A stretch of 64,000 bases of DNA from Hydrolagus colliei (lineage: Eukaryota): contig CM068745.1 of assembly GCA_035084275.1 (NCBI GenBank), positions 56,110,001 to 56,174,000 on the forward strand, read 5' to 3'. Of this stretch, positions 49,714 through 61,020 are shown one piece after another (positions within the stretch are counted from its first letter, which is position 1; every line of letters starts with the position of its first letter). The notes under the pieces are model-generated. The model searched no databases. It was not told the origin of the DNA and was given only the letters and a program-made list of their open reading frames with translations. The translations under genes and the position numbers were made by a program.

Positions 49714-50089
49714 GTTGGCGCACCGTCTCCTGGATGAAATTAAATATATATATATATATTCAATGAAAGTAATGAACAACTCTCCGCGAGTTTTAGTTCC
49801 ACGAGTTGTTGCGCAACTTCTGATCTCAGTGATTCTTTACAAACGATTGGAAATGAAAAGTGTGGGAATGCACATTTGGTGGCCAGAGCTGCTTTTATTT
49901 TTATTGGGGGGGGGGGGGGGGGGTGACTTTTTTCTTGTCCACCCCCTGCCCCCCTCCCAAACTAATTTCGCTGCGATAGAACAACCAACAGAGCACTTTC
50001 TTTCTTTCTTCTTCTCTCTTTCTCTTCCTCTCTTTCTCTCATTCTTTTCATTCATTCATTCTCCCCTCCCCCCCTCCCTCCCTCTCTCC

Positions 50090-51950
50090 CCCCCGCCCGC
50101 TTGTTGTCTGGCAGGGTCGGTGTGGGAGTGTGATGTGGCTGGGGTTGATGCTGGTGTTGCTGAGCGGCTTGGCGGGCTCCGGGTTGGCTTTCGACCTTGT
50201 TTACCGGGTGCGGGAGGAGCTGCCGAGAGCCAGGCGGATCGGCAACATCGGCGCCGACCTGCAGCTGGAGCGGGAGGCGGGAGGCGCCCGGTTGACCTAC
50301 AACCTGCAGCCCGAGGCGGTCCGGTTCGTGGAGCTGGAGCGAGGCAGCGGGGAGCTCCTGACCTCGGACTCCGCCCTGGACCGGGAGTCGCTGTGCGCCC
50401 CGGGGTCGGCTCAGCCCTGCGCTCTGCTCCTGGACGTCATCATCCTGCCCCAGCGATACTTCAGGCTGGTCAAGGTCCAGATCATCGTGGAGGACATCAA
50501 CGACAACGCGCCCCGCTTCCCGCTGGAGCGGCTCAGCCTGTCCGTCCCGGAGAACGCCGAGCCGGGGACCCGCTTCCCGGTGGAGCCCGCCGCCGAGGAC
50601 GCGGATGTCGGGGTGAACGGCGTCCGGAGTTACCGGCTGCTGGGCTCCCGGGGCGGGGGCCGCTTCACCCTGAACACCGAGCCCGGGGGGGACGGCCGCC
50701 CGGCGCCCTGGCTGCTGGTCAGGGAGCCTCTGGACCGGGAGCGGCGGGAGGTGTACGAGCTGACCCTGGTGGCGGTGGACGGCGGGTCCCCGCCGCTGTC
50801 GGGCAGCGTCCGCCTGACCGTCACCGTCACCGACGTCAACGACAACTGCCCGGTGTTCGCTCAGTCCCGGCTCAACCTGACCGTCCACAGTAACGCCAGC
50901 GCCGGCACCCGCCTGGCTCAGCTCCACGCCACCGACCCCGACCTGCACTTTAACGCCAGGACCGTCTACTCTTACGGTGACCGGGTGTCCCGAGCCTCCC
51001 GGGAGCTGTTCAGCCTGGACCAGCTCTCGGGCATCATTACATTGGCGGGTCCCATCCGCGCCGACACCGCCCCGCTGCACCGCCTGACCGTGCTGGCCAC
51101 CGGCTCGGGCTGCATCCCGGTGATCGCCGGCGTCCAGGTCCGGGTGGTCCGGGTGGTCTCCGGGCCCCCGGTGGTCCTGCCCCGGTTTATCGCCCTGCAG
51201 TCTGACGGGGTGGTGTACCTGAGAGAGACCGAGCCGGCGCCCACACGCATCGCGTTCTTCACGGTGACCGACCCTGAGCCGGGCCGGGGGCTCAGGTGTT
51301 ACCTGGAGGGAGAGGGTCCATTCCGCCTGGTGCCTTACCTGACCTTCCCGGGAGAGTATTTGCTGGAGACTTCCCGGAGCCTGGACTATGAGCTGAAGCA
51401 GGAATACCATCTGGCGGTGGTGGCCGAGAACTCCAAGGGGCTGACACTCAGGACACCCATCAGGGTTCAGGTCATTGACCAGAATGACAACTGTCCCATC
51501 TTCGCCAACTCGCTGGTGGACGTGACCATCGAGGAGAACAACCCGCCCAACACCTTCCTGGCCAAACTCAAGGCCACAGACCAGGACAGCGGGAAGATGG
51601 GCTCCATCACTTACACCCTGGAGCCCAGCGCTCCTCCCTTCTTCGTCTTGGATGGGGAGACCGGGGTCTTGGTGGTGTCCGCGACCCTCGATCGGGAGGA
51701 ACAGGAAAAGTACAGGCTGACGGTCAGGGCTGTGGACGGCGGGTCCCCGCCTCAGGAATCCAAGGCGACGGTCCTGGTGACTGTCCTGGATAGGAATGAC
51801 AACCACCCCAGGTTCATCAACAAGGATTTCAGCTTCTTCGTTCCCGAAAACTTCCCGAGTTTCGGCGAGATCGGAGTGGTGGGGGTGACTGATCCCGATG
51901 CCGGAAACAACGGCTGGCTGGCCCTGTCCATCCTGAATGGCAGCGAATAC
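50090..51950. promoter_or_regulatory. CpG island over the 5' two-thirds of PCDH20 exon 2
   Basis: Very high GC and CpG density compared with the AT-rich, CpG-poor background. Confidence 0.7.
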
Positions 51951-52754
51951 TTTGTCATCGACACTGGCAAAGGGAACCTCATGGCGAACGTCCCCTTGGA
52001 CAGAGAGCAGCAAAGCTCCTATGTGCTGTGGGTTCAGGCTATGGACGGAGGGAAGCCCGCCCTGTCTGCTGTCACTAAGGTCACCATACTCCTGCTGGAT
52101 GTCAATGACAACCCTCCTTTGGTCCTGTTCCCTCAGTCTAATCTCTCTTTCCTTCTGGTGCTTCCCTCCACCGCCCCCGGCTCCTCCATCACCGAGGTCT
52201 ACGCTGTGGACAAGGACACCGGTATGAACGCGGTCATCGCTTACACCATCATTGGGAGGAGAGGACCCCGTCCCGAGTCCTTTGGCATCGACACCGGGAC
52301 AGGGAACATCACCCTGCAGGAGTCCCTGGTGAAGAGTGACTGTGGTTTATACCGGTTGCTGGTGAAAGTCAGTGATCACGGTTATCCGGAGCCTCTGCAC
52401 AGCACAGTCATCGTCAACCTCTTCGTCAACGAGACATTGAGCAACGAGAGCTACATAGAAAACTTACTCAGAAAAGATACCAACATCAGGGTAGAAGAGA
52501 GTGCGCCCGAAACAAGGGTCGACCCTTTTCAGACCAAGTTGGACCAATTCCCGTGTCAGGGTGTGTTGATAGCGCTGTCGACCACCTGTTTTGGCCTTTT
52601 GACTGTGGTGTTTTGTTTGGTGTGCTGTCTGTTCTTGAAGAAAAGGAAGCACAAAAGTAACGATTACAACGTGGCAGAGGTTGAGATACCGTTAAACAAA
52701 TCGATGGCTTCACACTCATTGGGGAAGAAACCAATGAACGATTCAGATCTGTAA
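50115..52754 (+). CDS. PCDH20: Protocadherin-20, large exon 2: signal peptide, 7 cadherin repeats (one degenerate), transmembrane helix, short cytoplasmic tail
   Basis: Long polypyrimidine tract then GGCAG|GGT at 50114/50115, in frame with ORF 50130-52754. DRE and DxNDN cadherin motifs are present. Segments match recalled human PCDH20 closely: LLLDVIILPQRYFRLVKV, RFINKDFSFFVPENFP, EVYAVDKDTGMNAVIAY.IIGRRGPRPESF, VSDHGYPEPLHSTV.VNLFVN. TM region LIALSTTCFGLLTVVFCLVCCLFL is followed by KKRK. Confidence 0.95.
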   Translation, partial: GRCGSVMWLGLMLVLLSGLAGSGLAFDLVYRVREELPRARRIGNIGADLQLEREAGGARLTYNLQPEAVRFVELERGSGELLTSDSALDRESLCAPGSAQPCALLLDVIILPQRYFRLVKVQIIVEDINDNAPRFPLERLSLSVPENAEPGTRFPVEPAAEDADVGVNGVRSYRLLGSRGGGRFTLNTEPGGDGRPAPWLLVREPLDRERREVYELTLVAVDGGSPPLSGSVRLTVTVTDVNDNCPVFAQSRLNLTVHSNASAGTRLAQLHATDPDLHFNARTVYSYGDRVSRASRELFSLDQLSGIITLAGPIRADTAPLHRLTVLATGSGCIPVIAGVQVRVVRVVSGPPVVLPRFIALQSDGVVYLRETEPAPTRIAFFTVTDPEPGRGLRCYLEGEGPFRLVPYLTFPGEYLLETSRSLDYELKQEYHLAVVAENSKGLTLRTPIRVQVIDQNDNCPIFANSLVDVTIEENNPPNTFLAKLKATDQDSGKMGSITYTLEPSAPPFFVLDGETGVLVVSATLDREEQEKYRLTVRAVDGGSPPQESKATVLVTVLDRNDNHPRFINKDFSFFVPENFPSFGEIGVVGVTDPDAGNNGWLALSILNGSEYFVIDTGKGNLMANVPLDREQQSSYVLWVQAMDGGKPALSAVTKVTILLLDVNDNPPLVLFPQSNLSFLLVLPSTAPGSSITEVYAVDKDTGMNAVIAYTIIGRRGPRPESFGIDTGTGNITLQESLVKSDCGLYRLLVKVSDHGYPEPLHSTVIVNLFVNETLSNESYIENLLRKDTNIRVEESAPETRVDPFQTKLDQFPCQGVLIALSTTCFGLLTVVFCLVCCLFLKKRKHKSNDYNVAEVEIPLNKSMASHSLGKKPMNDSDL

Positions 52755-54440
52755 GTGGCAATGGCTCAACTGATCAGTGATATGAACACATGGTTTTTAG
52801 AAGTAATACTGGACAATGCTTTGAAACTATCACCGTTTGTGTATTAAGTTTGGTTGGCATGAAGGAAATATAAGTTATATAGACATCAAATATGATTGAC
52901 GTGTATCTAATACAGTACATTATATTGTTTACAGAACTTAATTATATTCTATCAAGTGCTCTGAAACAAGTGGTCTGTTCACAAAACTTGCACACTGTTC
53001 TGTTTTTGTTTTATACTCAAAATTTTGCATGCAGTCTTCTGGATCTTTGGTTAAATTCCCGTGTCTCTTCACCTGACAACTTTGGAATGGGTGGATTGAA
53101 CTCCAAGGATGAAGAGTAGAGGGATTAGAAGCCTCCTCACTGGCCCATTCCTTCAGCTGGAAAGAGGGACAGGAAACGCTGAGGTATGGTTGCTGCAGCT
53201 GAATTTCAGGTGTTATTTACTGGCGAATGCATTTAAATTTAAACATGTTGATTCCTAATGTAATTTGCTCAGACTCATCATTCCAAGTTTATGTACACAT
53301 ATTGAAACAAAAAGCATTAAAATAACTTGCATCACAAAGTCTCAATCAAGACAAGATTATTTTTGTAACCAAAACAAATTGTCCTAATTTAACTAAATTA
53401 AAAGACTAATTATTTGCTTTACTTTTGAAGAACACACAAAGCACGTCTGTTTTCTGTCATTACAGGCCACCTCCTTTCCAGGAGATGATGAGTGTACACA
53501 TCTAGCAAAGTGACGACCAGGCACCAGGAACATCAGCAGAATTTTTTTTATTTGATCAGTCACCTTTTTTTCTCAAGAATTGCCTTTCTGAAACCAAATT
53601 GGCAATATTGTACTAAGTGGTGGCACTAATGCAGAATACTGTACTGTGATCACTTAATAGAAAGAAGAGTCAATATGGGCGGCTGACTTGTTTTATTTCA
53701 TTTTCCATCCACCAAGATCCACAGCATGGATTTTAAACTGTATGATATTATTCACAAGAAAAACAATGAGAATCAATAATCAAGGCATTTCCATAAATTA
53801 CTTCCACAAATTCTTGCATTTCTTTTGAATATTTTTACTCAGTTTATAAGAAAATCCCTTGCCTGTAAATGACCAAATTATTTATTTTTATGTAAAATAA
53901 AAGACTTTGTCTACATCAAAACATGTGTAAATTGTTATTCCCATTGGAGAATATGATTCATTTCCTATAGTTGGACATATTTTAAATGATCACATTCCCA
54001 CTTGTCTTTGCTTTGAGGAGTCACATGAAAAATCTGGTAGTTAGAGTGGAAAAATGAAAAGAGAACATTTAGCTATTGTGCTCTTTTCTGTTATTCAGTA
54101 TGTTAGCACAAAAAACAGTGATGCAGTCATAAGATGATGAGGCCATCACAAATTTTATTCAGAAAATAATTTAGAAGACACATGCAGTGTCCTTTTCCAA
54201 CATTGTTTCCTACAACAAACCCAATCAATAATTTACAGATGGATACGTTTTTTGTCATTGACTAACTTTGTCATTGCATAAGTACAGTAATTCTTCTAAA
54301 TGCAGTATTTACCCAGACCAGTATATTATGAGCTGTGATAGAACATATAAAAGCTATGTTAATCCCGGATATCAATAAAATAACTTTGCATATCATTGAT
54401 GTAATATAACTGAAGAAGAACATAGGAACATGAATAAACT
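52755..54440 (+). other. Probable PCDH20 3'UTR with candidate poly(A) signals
   Basis: AT-rich with no recognisable TE. ATTAAA at 53316 and AATAAA at 53896, 54374 and 54433. Confidence 0.45.
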
Positions 54441-55124
54441 ACTGGTCTGTTGACCTACTAGTTTTCAAAACACACAATTTAGTAATGACTGTGGTAAGAA
54501 ATGATTGCAGGTTCAAAATTGTGAGATGTGATGTGATAATTACTACTGGTGCTACTTATTACATTGTGCAACTTTCACTCGTGCTATATACAATATTGTA
54601 CTCTGGAGGATGCCTCAGTGAAGGGACAAATTACAGCTTTAAGATGCTAAATCAACTACTCTGGATTTCATCTTGTGATTTATGAAGCTATCTCAAGATG
54701 TGTCGAAGCCTAATCACACAGTGAAGAATGGGTAATTTTCTAAATAATGTAAATTAGTCATGGCTTCTTCACTAATGCGGAATCTGTGCAAAACACTTCT
54801 ATCGCCCTCACCTCAAAATGATATTATGTCTCTTGAAGGCAGCTTTACACCTTTGATGGTTGTAGATTTAATAGCATTTAATGTTGGCACCATAGGTATC
54901 TGGAACAATAAATTGTTCATATTAATTATCTCTATAAACCACTTTGTCTACATTGAATGCACTCTTATTGACTGCCAATCATCCAAATGCTCAACTTTTG
55001 CTTTAGTAAATTACTACTTGAAACACAATTCATACAATGGTGATTCAGACAATTATAGGATTCCTTTGCTGTACACACAACGAGAAGTATTTGGGGGGAA
55101 TATGCATAATATATAATGTCCATA

Positions 55125-55555
55125 ATAACAATAATAATTCTTACATTTGCTATAGCACCTTTTGTTATGGCAATGAGACATTTCAAAGCACTTCGCAGGA
55201 TATACTGTAAATGGATTTGATTATGTATTTTTTGCGGGTGAAATCTGGCAGTCAATTTGCACACAACAATGTCCCACAAACAACCATGGAGTGAATGACC
55301 AATTTTATTTGGGGTATTTATTCGCCAAAATGAAGGGAGACATTTCCTTTTTTGTTGAATAATGCCTTGGGAATTTTAACACCCACCTGAACAGGCAGAC
55401 AGGACCTTAGTTTAATGTCTCATCCGAAGGGCAACACCTCCGACAATGCAATAATGCAACAGCTGTATTGGAAGGTCATCTCAGACAATGTGATTCCAAG
55501 ACCCAATCTGTTGTTTGAACTCACAACTTTCCGAGTACTACTAGTGAGCTAAGCT
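55125..55555 (-). mobile_element. Near full-length Deu-domain SINE
   Basis: ttttaacacccacctgaacaggcagacaggacc..tttaatgtctcatccgaagggcaacacctccgacaatgca core, tail and tttgaactcacaac B box. Confidence 0.8.
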
Positions 55556-58500
55556 AGCATTCCAGGGGAAATATTTGCAAGCAGCATTCAGAACAATGAA
55601 AACAATAGGTGCATTTGTATCTTTAAAAAAAAAATATTTCAGAATAAAATTGTTTTGTACTCATTAGGGACATAACAACATTAGAAATGCTAGACATAAA
55701 AAAGACTACAGTCCATCTAATTTGCCTTCCACCTTCCTAATTATTTCCGAACACAAAACTATCCAATCTGTGTTGGAAGGAATCAATACTTACTATTAGC
55801 ATTGAACAAGATGATATTTTAGAACAACTATGCACGTGACTGGCAACATATCTGCAATCGGTAGGTAAAAGTAAACTCAAAGCATAAGACTGTCCCTGGA
55901 TTGTCAGTCTTAGTGCTAAGAGAAACAAATTATAATTTATAGTTTTCACTTCTATGTCTGCAAAGGGTTACTTACATCGTTGAATTCTAAACACTTCTAT
56001 TTTGTTGCATTGCTACTAATAGTCTTTGCATTTGTTAGAGCCCATGTTGTCAAACATCGAAGCTCTCCACATATCATTGTGAATTGTCTATGTTTTTGTA
56101 AGCACACCAAATTGTGTACAGAAATGTGCTACAAACAGCCATGAACAATTTATCTCACTAATTCATCTCCAACAAATTTCCTACTTCCTACTTGCTAAAC
56201 AGCCACTTTCCATGCCAAAATGTATCTTTCTTTACACGTGTTGCCACTGGACACATTGCAGTATCTTCAGAAATAGGTTGAAAAAACGTTTTTCATACTG
56301 AAACAGTTGGTTTAACCAGGAAATGCAACATGGAAACAACTTGTAAAATAAAATGCTGTTGTTTGCAAAGTCAATCAGTTTCTATAATGTGACTGTCCCT
56401 TCATTTGCAAACTCATGTTAAAAATATATGTTTTTAAAAATCAACCTTGATCACATACCACCATAAAGAAATTGGAAGAGTAATATTGAGAAGAACATGA
56501 TGCATGGGGTTGCCAGTATTCCTCAGGGATTTTAGGAGATATTGAACCTAGCCAAGATTCCCTCAGGGGACTGGAGATAGGGAGGCAGATTTCTCAAGAA
56601 GTCTAATCATGGGAGGAGATGGGAGGCCAGACAATTTGTGAGCCTGCCATCTGAAGAGTAAGTTTTAAAAATAAGTTTGTGTGGTGAAAACACATTCTCC
56701 AGCATGCACTGTGACCCTCATAAGGTCCCCAAACACAAATTATTATATGGAAAAACAAAATACATGGTATTATCATTTTTAAATTCAATAGGTACAGCAT
56801 ATTGTTCCATGAAAAACAATAAAGGTATTGCAGGAGTAATATACATATGAAGAGTGCTATATAAATGCAAGTTATTGTTACTATAGGATTTAATAAAATA
56901 TATAGAATTCCACAAATACAATATAAGATGCAAAATGATCCAATTTATTACCAGACTAAACTCTGAGAGTAGATTTATAAATACCTTTTCAATCCTGATA
57001 TGGTTAATCAGGAATGTATACATCATGCATTATACATCATTAATGCAAAATTGAAAATTAATATATTTTTCCATTCATGTGAATATATGAATGTTTGTGC
57101 TCAAGGGATTAGATTACCATTACAAGCAAGATTTTTTTGTTTCTTAGATTAAAGTGTGTGATGTGATCAGTGGTATTCAGACATTATATAATAGATTTGA
57201 TATTCTATGAGTCACTCACATAAATTAAACCTTTTGTCTCTCCATACTTAAATATTCTGAATCTTTCAATTTTATTCATCTAGATTCAGCTACAGTATTT
57301 TGGTGCACTAAATATCTCCCCAATAAATTCACAGCTTAATTTGATTCAAAAATATTGAAATTTTTGGACTTTAACACATATTCCTTTAAATGCCAGCGCC
57401 TTGGGACGTCCCCCTGACGTGAAAGGCGCTATACAAGTGTAATTTTGTTGTGGTTGTTGTAATCCATATGCATGGCAAATGATGAGAAATTAACAGAAAC
57501 ATAGATTGTGTCATTTATTTACAGTAATTTACTTTCTCCATATCATGTTTTAGCTAATGTATGATTTAAATTACCGCCTGAGAATTTTTGTTGTACTCTA
57601 AGGAAAATAACACATTTAGTAACAATTCAATTGCATTTTTTGTGAAGTGTTTAATGAGATCAAATGTAATGTTTAACTGAGCAACAATTAGCAACCTGTG
57701 TGTATTTAACAGCAGTCGTTTTCATCCTTGTTTAAATGGTTTATAATTGCGCCAGAGGCATTGCACCAGTATTAAAAAACACATGTTCATATCTCTTTAA
57801 ATATTTTGTTGCCAATTTGTTGTCAGTAAGCCTGCCAGATTTTTTTTCTGACAATTAGATGTTTCCCTAATGCCTTCTTTCATGAAATGGTTGAATGAAC
57901 CAAATGCACTTTGTAAATCTTAACTCAAAAAGTACAATAAAATTCCTTACCATGTTAACTTATGCTCTTGAAATGTGTTAGACCATAAGATTTAGAATGC
58001 AAATCTCCTCCCTGAAAGTATTCCATCTTTGTTTGTCAAATATTGTTCATTAATGCATGTTACTTTTTTCAATTCAACAGCTCTGAGTACAGTAACTTGA
58101 ACAAAACATTATTAGTTTTAGGTTAGATGCTTCAATTACACAGTATTCCCAAACTGCAGCTGGCCAGTGCTCTGCATTTAGTAGCCGCACTTCAAAAATT
58201 CACCTCTGTATTACAAATACTGTTAAAATTAAGACACAAGTACAAATTTATTGCTCAAAACAATTGAATACTGCAAAAAAATCAAGTTATAGTTTTCCTT
58301 ATTGAGAGATCTGAGTGAAGCACCCAGATCCATGGTCCAGAGCAGAACCAAGGTTCAAAGGGATAGAAGACAACTCAAGAAGTAAAGTCTAGGCATTAAT
58401 GAGCTTTTGTTTTCAAAGCTTCCAGATTGTGGATCAAAGGCAAGCCTGAGGAAGTTCCACACTTTTAAAGTACTGTAATATGTTAGGAAAGGAGATGGTG

Positions 58501-58712
58501 CATTTTCTTTCCAACAGTATAGAGAAAAAAATGTAACTCTGTGATATATCACACAGTACATCACATTGTATGCTAAACACATTATTCTTTATAATTCCCC
58601 ACAATGGATTGTAAAACAGTTTTCATTTTGTTGTCTCCATCATGAAAAAACCCACCAATTTCCTTTCCGCAAGATATTGGAACATTTTACAAGAAACAAC
58701 TTTGAATGCTCT

Positions 58713-58905
58713 AAACAACAAATTATATTTGTATAGCGCTTCTCATGTCACGAGGATGTCCCAATGCGCTGGACTGTCAGGGATCCAAACCCGAGCTAGT
58801 AGTTGGGATCAGGAGGGATGGAAGTCAGGAAGGAGTAGGAAGATGATCAAAGACAGAGTCGAAAAGGAGGGTCTTGAGACAGGTTTCAAAGGAGGCAAGG
58901 GAGGG
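58713..58905 (-). mobile_element. L2 3' end
   Basis: Reverse-complement L2 tail and 3'UTR. Confidence 0.8.
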
Positions 58906-59654
58906 GACAACTTCTGAAGTCAAGTGTCCACACAGTTGTTGACCCCAGAGGAATAGATGAACATGTTTAATTCTTGAAAAGAAGACGGTAGAAAGGAAGC
59001 AAATGATTTAAAAACTGAAAACAACTATGATACAACTAACAAGCAATTTCCTGTGGGTGTTAGCCAACATTTCAAGCATTCACATTCCGCGCTGATTGCT
59101 TGGCCATTATTTTTGATCCAATGTTTTCCTTCTCTTAAGGCTAGACACATACTAACATTTCTAAGCCTCCTTATACAAGTTAAGGAATACTCCATGTTTA
59201 CGGTACAATTATTTTGTGGATAGAGCCTGAGGTGCAGTGATATGGCCCAGTGCCACAGCACTCTCACTCTGCGCTCAATGCAATGTTTCACTAAAATGTT
59301 GAATATTAGTATATTTTCAACATCACAAAATATTTGGTCAAATCTTCCATAATATTTAAAGGTTTAAGGATGGCCCATTGTCCAGATACTTGGAAACTAA
59401 TTATTTTAAGTTTAAATTATTCCACTTTGCATCAGCTGCACTTAACCTGCAGTTAGACGACAGACCTTGCAAAGCTCAAGTGGTGTGATTCTATCTTCAA
59501 GAGGTGGTCTCAATTGTTCAAATTAGCTACCAATCTCCTGTAACTGGAATTACACTGAGTGTTTCTGATAATTGAAGAGAAAATCACATTGCATTGGTGT
59601 AAAGTGTGAAATATTGCCAAGTTCCTCGTAGCATCACTTTATCAGTTACCTGTA

Positions 59655-60828
59655 CAGGTAAACCTCTATTTAGGACGGAGTTGCTTTCCTGAAAAACTGT
59701 ATCTAGATCAAAATGTCCTAAATCGAAATGCGATTTCCCATGCAGTCCTATTATATAACCAGAGAATAGTTCTTTTCACAAAATTTTCAGAACTTAAACC
59801 CACTAAATAACACATAAAACCACACAACATAACACACAGAACACACAAATTAACACACATAGGCAAGACGTGATACTTGGGGGTAACTGTACAGTATTGC
59901 CCTTTAATACTTGCAAACTTTAATACTGGCAGTGTGACAGTGGCAGTAGCATTTGTAGCTTCCCCACTTATCTTGATGTTGTGGAGCCCATAGCGTCTTT
60001 TAAACATTTGAAACCACCCTCTGCTAGCACTGAAAGATGGTGCCTTTGAGCCTTCTCCTTCCTGATCATTTAACTCCCTAAACAATAATTTTGCCTTCTC
60101 TTGGATAAGGGTGTTGAGTGATATATTACGCTGGTTCTGATCCTCAATCCAGACACTCAGCATTCTTTCCATGTTTTCCATCACATCACTCCTATGTTTT
60201 GCTAATCTGTTTGCACCTGAAGCTGTAACACACCATAAACTTGCCAGTATATTGTCCTTATTCTGTGTTATAGTAGCCACCATCAATCTAGTTAGCCCTA
60301 AAGCCCTCCCGATGTCTGTACCTTTTTCACCAGAATCGATGCACCTCCAATTTGGTATTTAAGCTGCTGACTTTGCGGGTTTTCTGGCTGTCAGCAGTAT
60401 TACCGCTGCTTATTTCATTTACAGTACTACTGTCTTCCCGACATGGTATAAACGGTAGAGGCTGTAAATCACTGGAAATTGCTCGGGAATGTTAGGAAAT
60501 TACTGTAATACTGACGTGGCGTGGTGTTGCTTCAAAATCAGCTGGCTTTTTTAAACAATGACATGTTGACATGCTATTGGCCAGTTCAATCGCTTGGATA
60601 TCAGGTGTGAGCACGATTTACCTGCGAATACACTATGGACTGTATGGACAAAAAGGACGTGAGAAATGTGACCGCGATATTCAAAATATGTACTGTGCAT
60701 GCGCAAACAAAAATGTTGGTCTTTAAAACAAATCCAAGTGTCCTATATCGGATCGAAAGGTGTTAAAAAATTGTGGTCCTTCGATCTAAACATCCTAAAT
60801 AGAAGCACCCTAAATAGAGGCTTACCTG
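59655..60828 (-). mobile_element. Tigger/pogo DNA transposon, internally deleted
   Basis: TIRs CAGGTAAACCTCTATTTAGG and CCTAAATAGAGGCTTACCTG with TA on both sides. The ORF remnant MERMLSVWIEDQNQRN..IQEKAK.LF..FSASRGWF..FKRRY.LHNIKISGEA is a CENP-B-type HTH. No DDE domain is visible. Confidence 0.93.
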
Positions 60829-61020
60829 TATTTATTATGTCTTCATTCACTGCTGATATTTTTCCTATCTTTGATTCTTCTGAAAGGCAATTGCCCACTT
60901 CCTTCTCTACTTTTTGTGGGGAGGAAATTTGTTCTCAGTGATCACAAACCATATTGCTCTCCATGATTCTCCAGCAGTAGATGTTATAGATGTAATATAG
61001 ATGCGTTTGATGTAGCGCCA

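Noticed and set aside
48886-50893. Long ORFs spanning the N run (e.g. 49265-50893, 542 aa)
   Set aside because: Artefacts of translating Ns and of a GC-rich alternative frame of PCDH20.
50052-52013. 653-aa antisense ORF
   Set aside because: Shadow of the GC-rich PCDH20 coding strand; no recognisable domain.
56505-56640. GGGTTGCCA hAT-like terminus (similar motif near 12148-12210)
   Set aside because: No convincing paired TIR with an 8-bp TSD.
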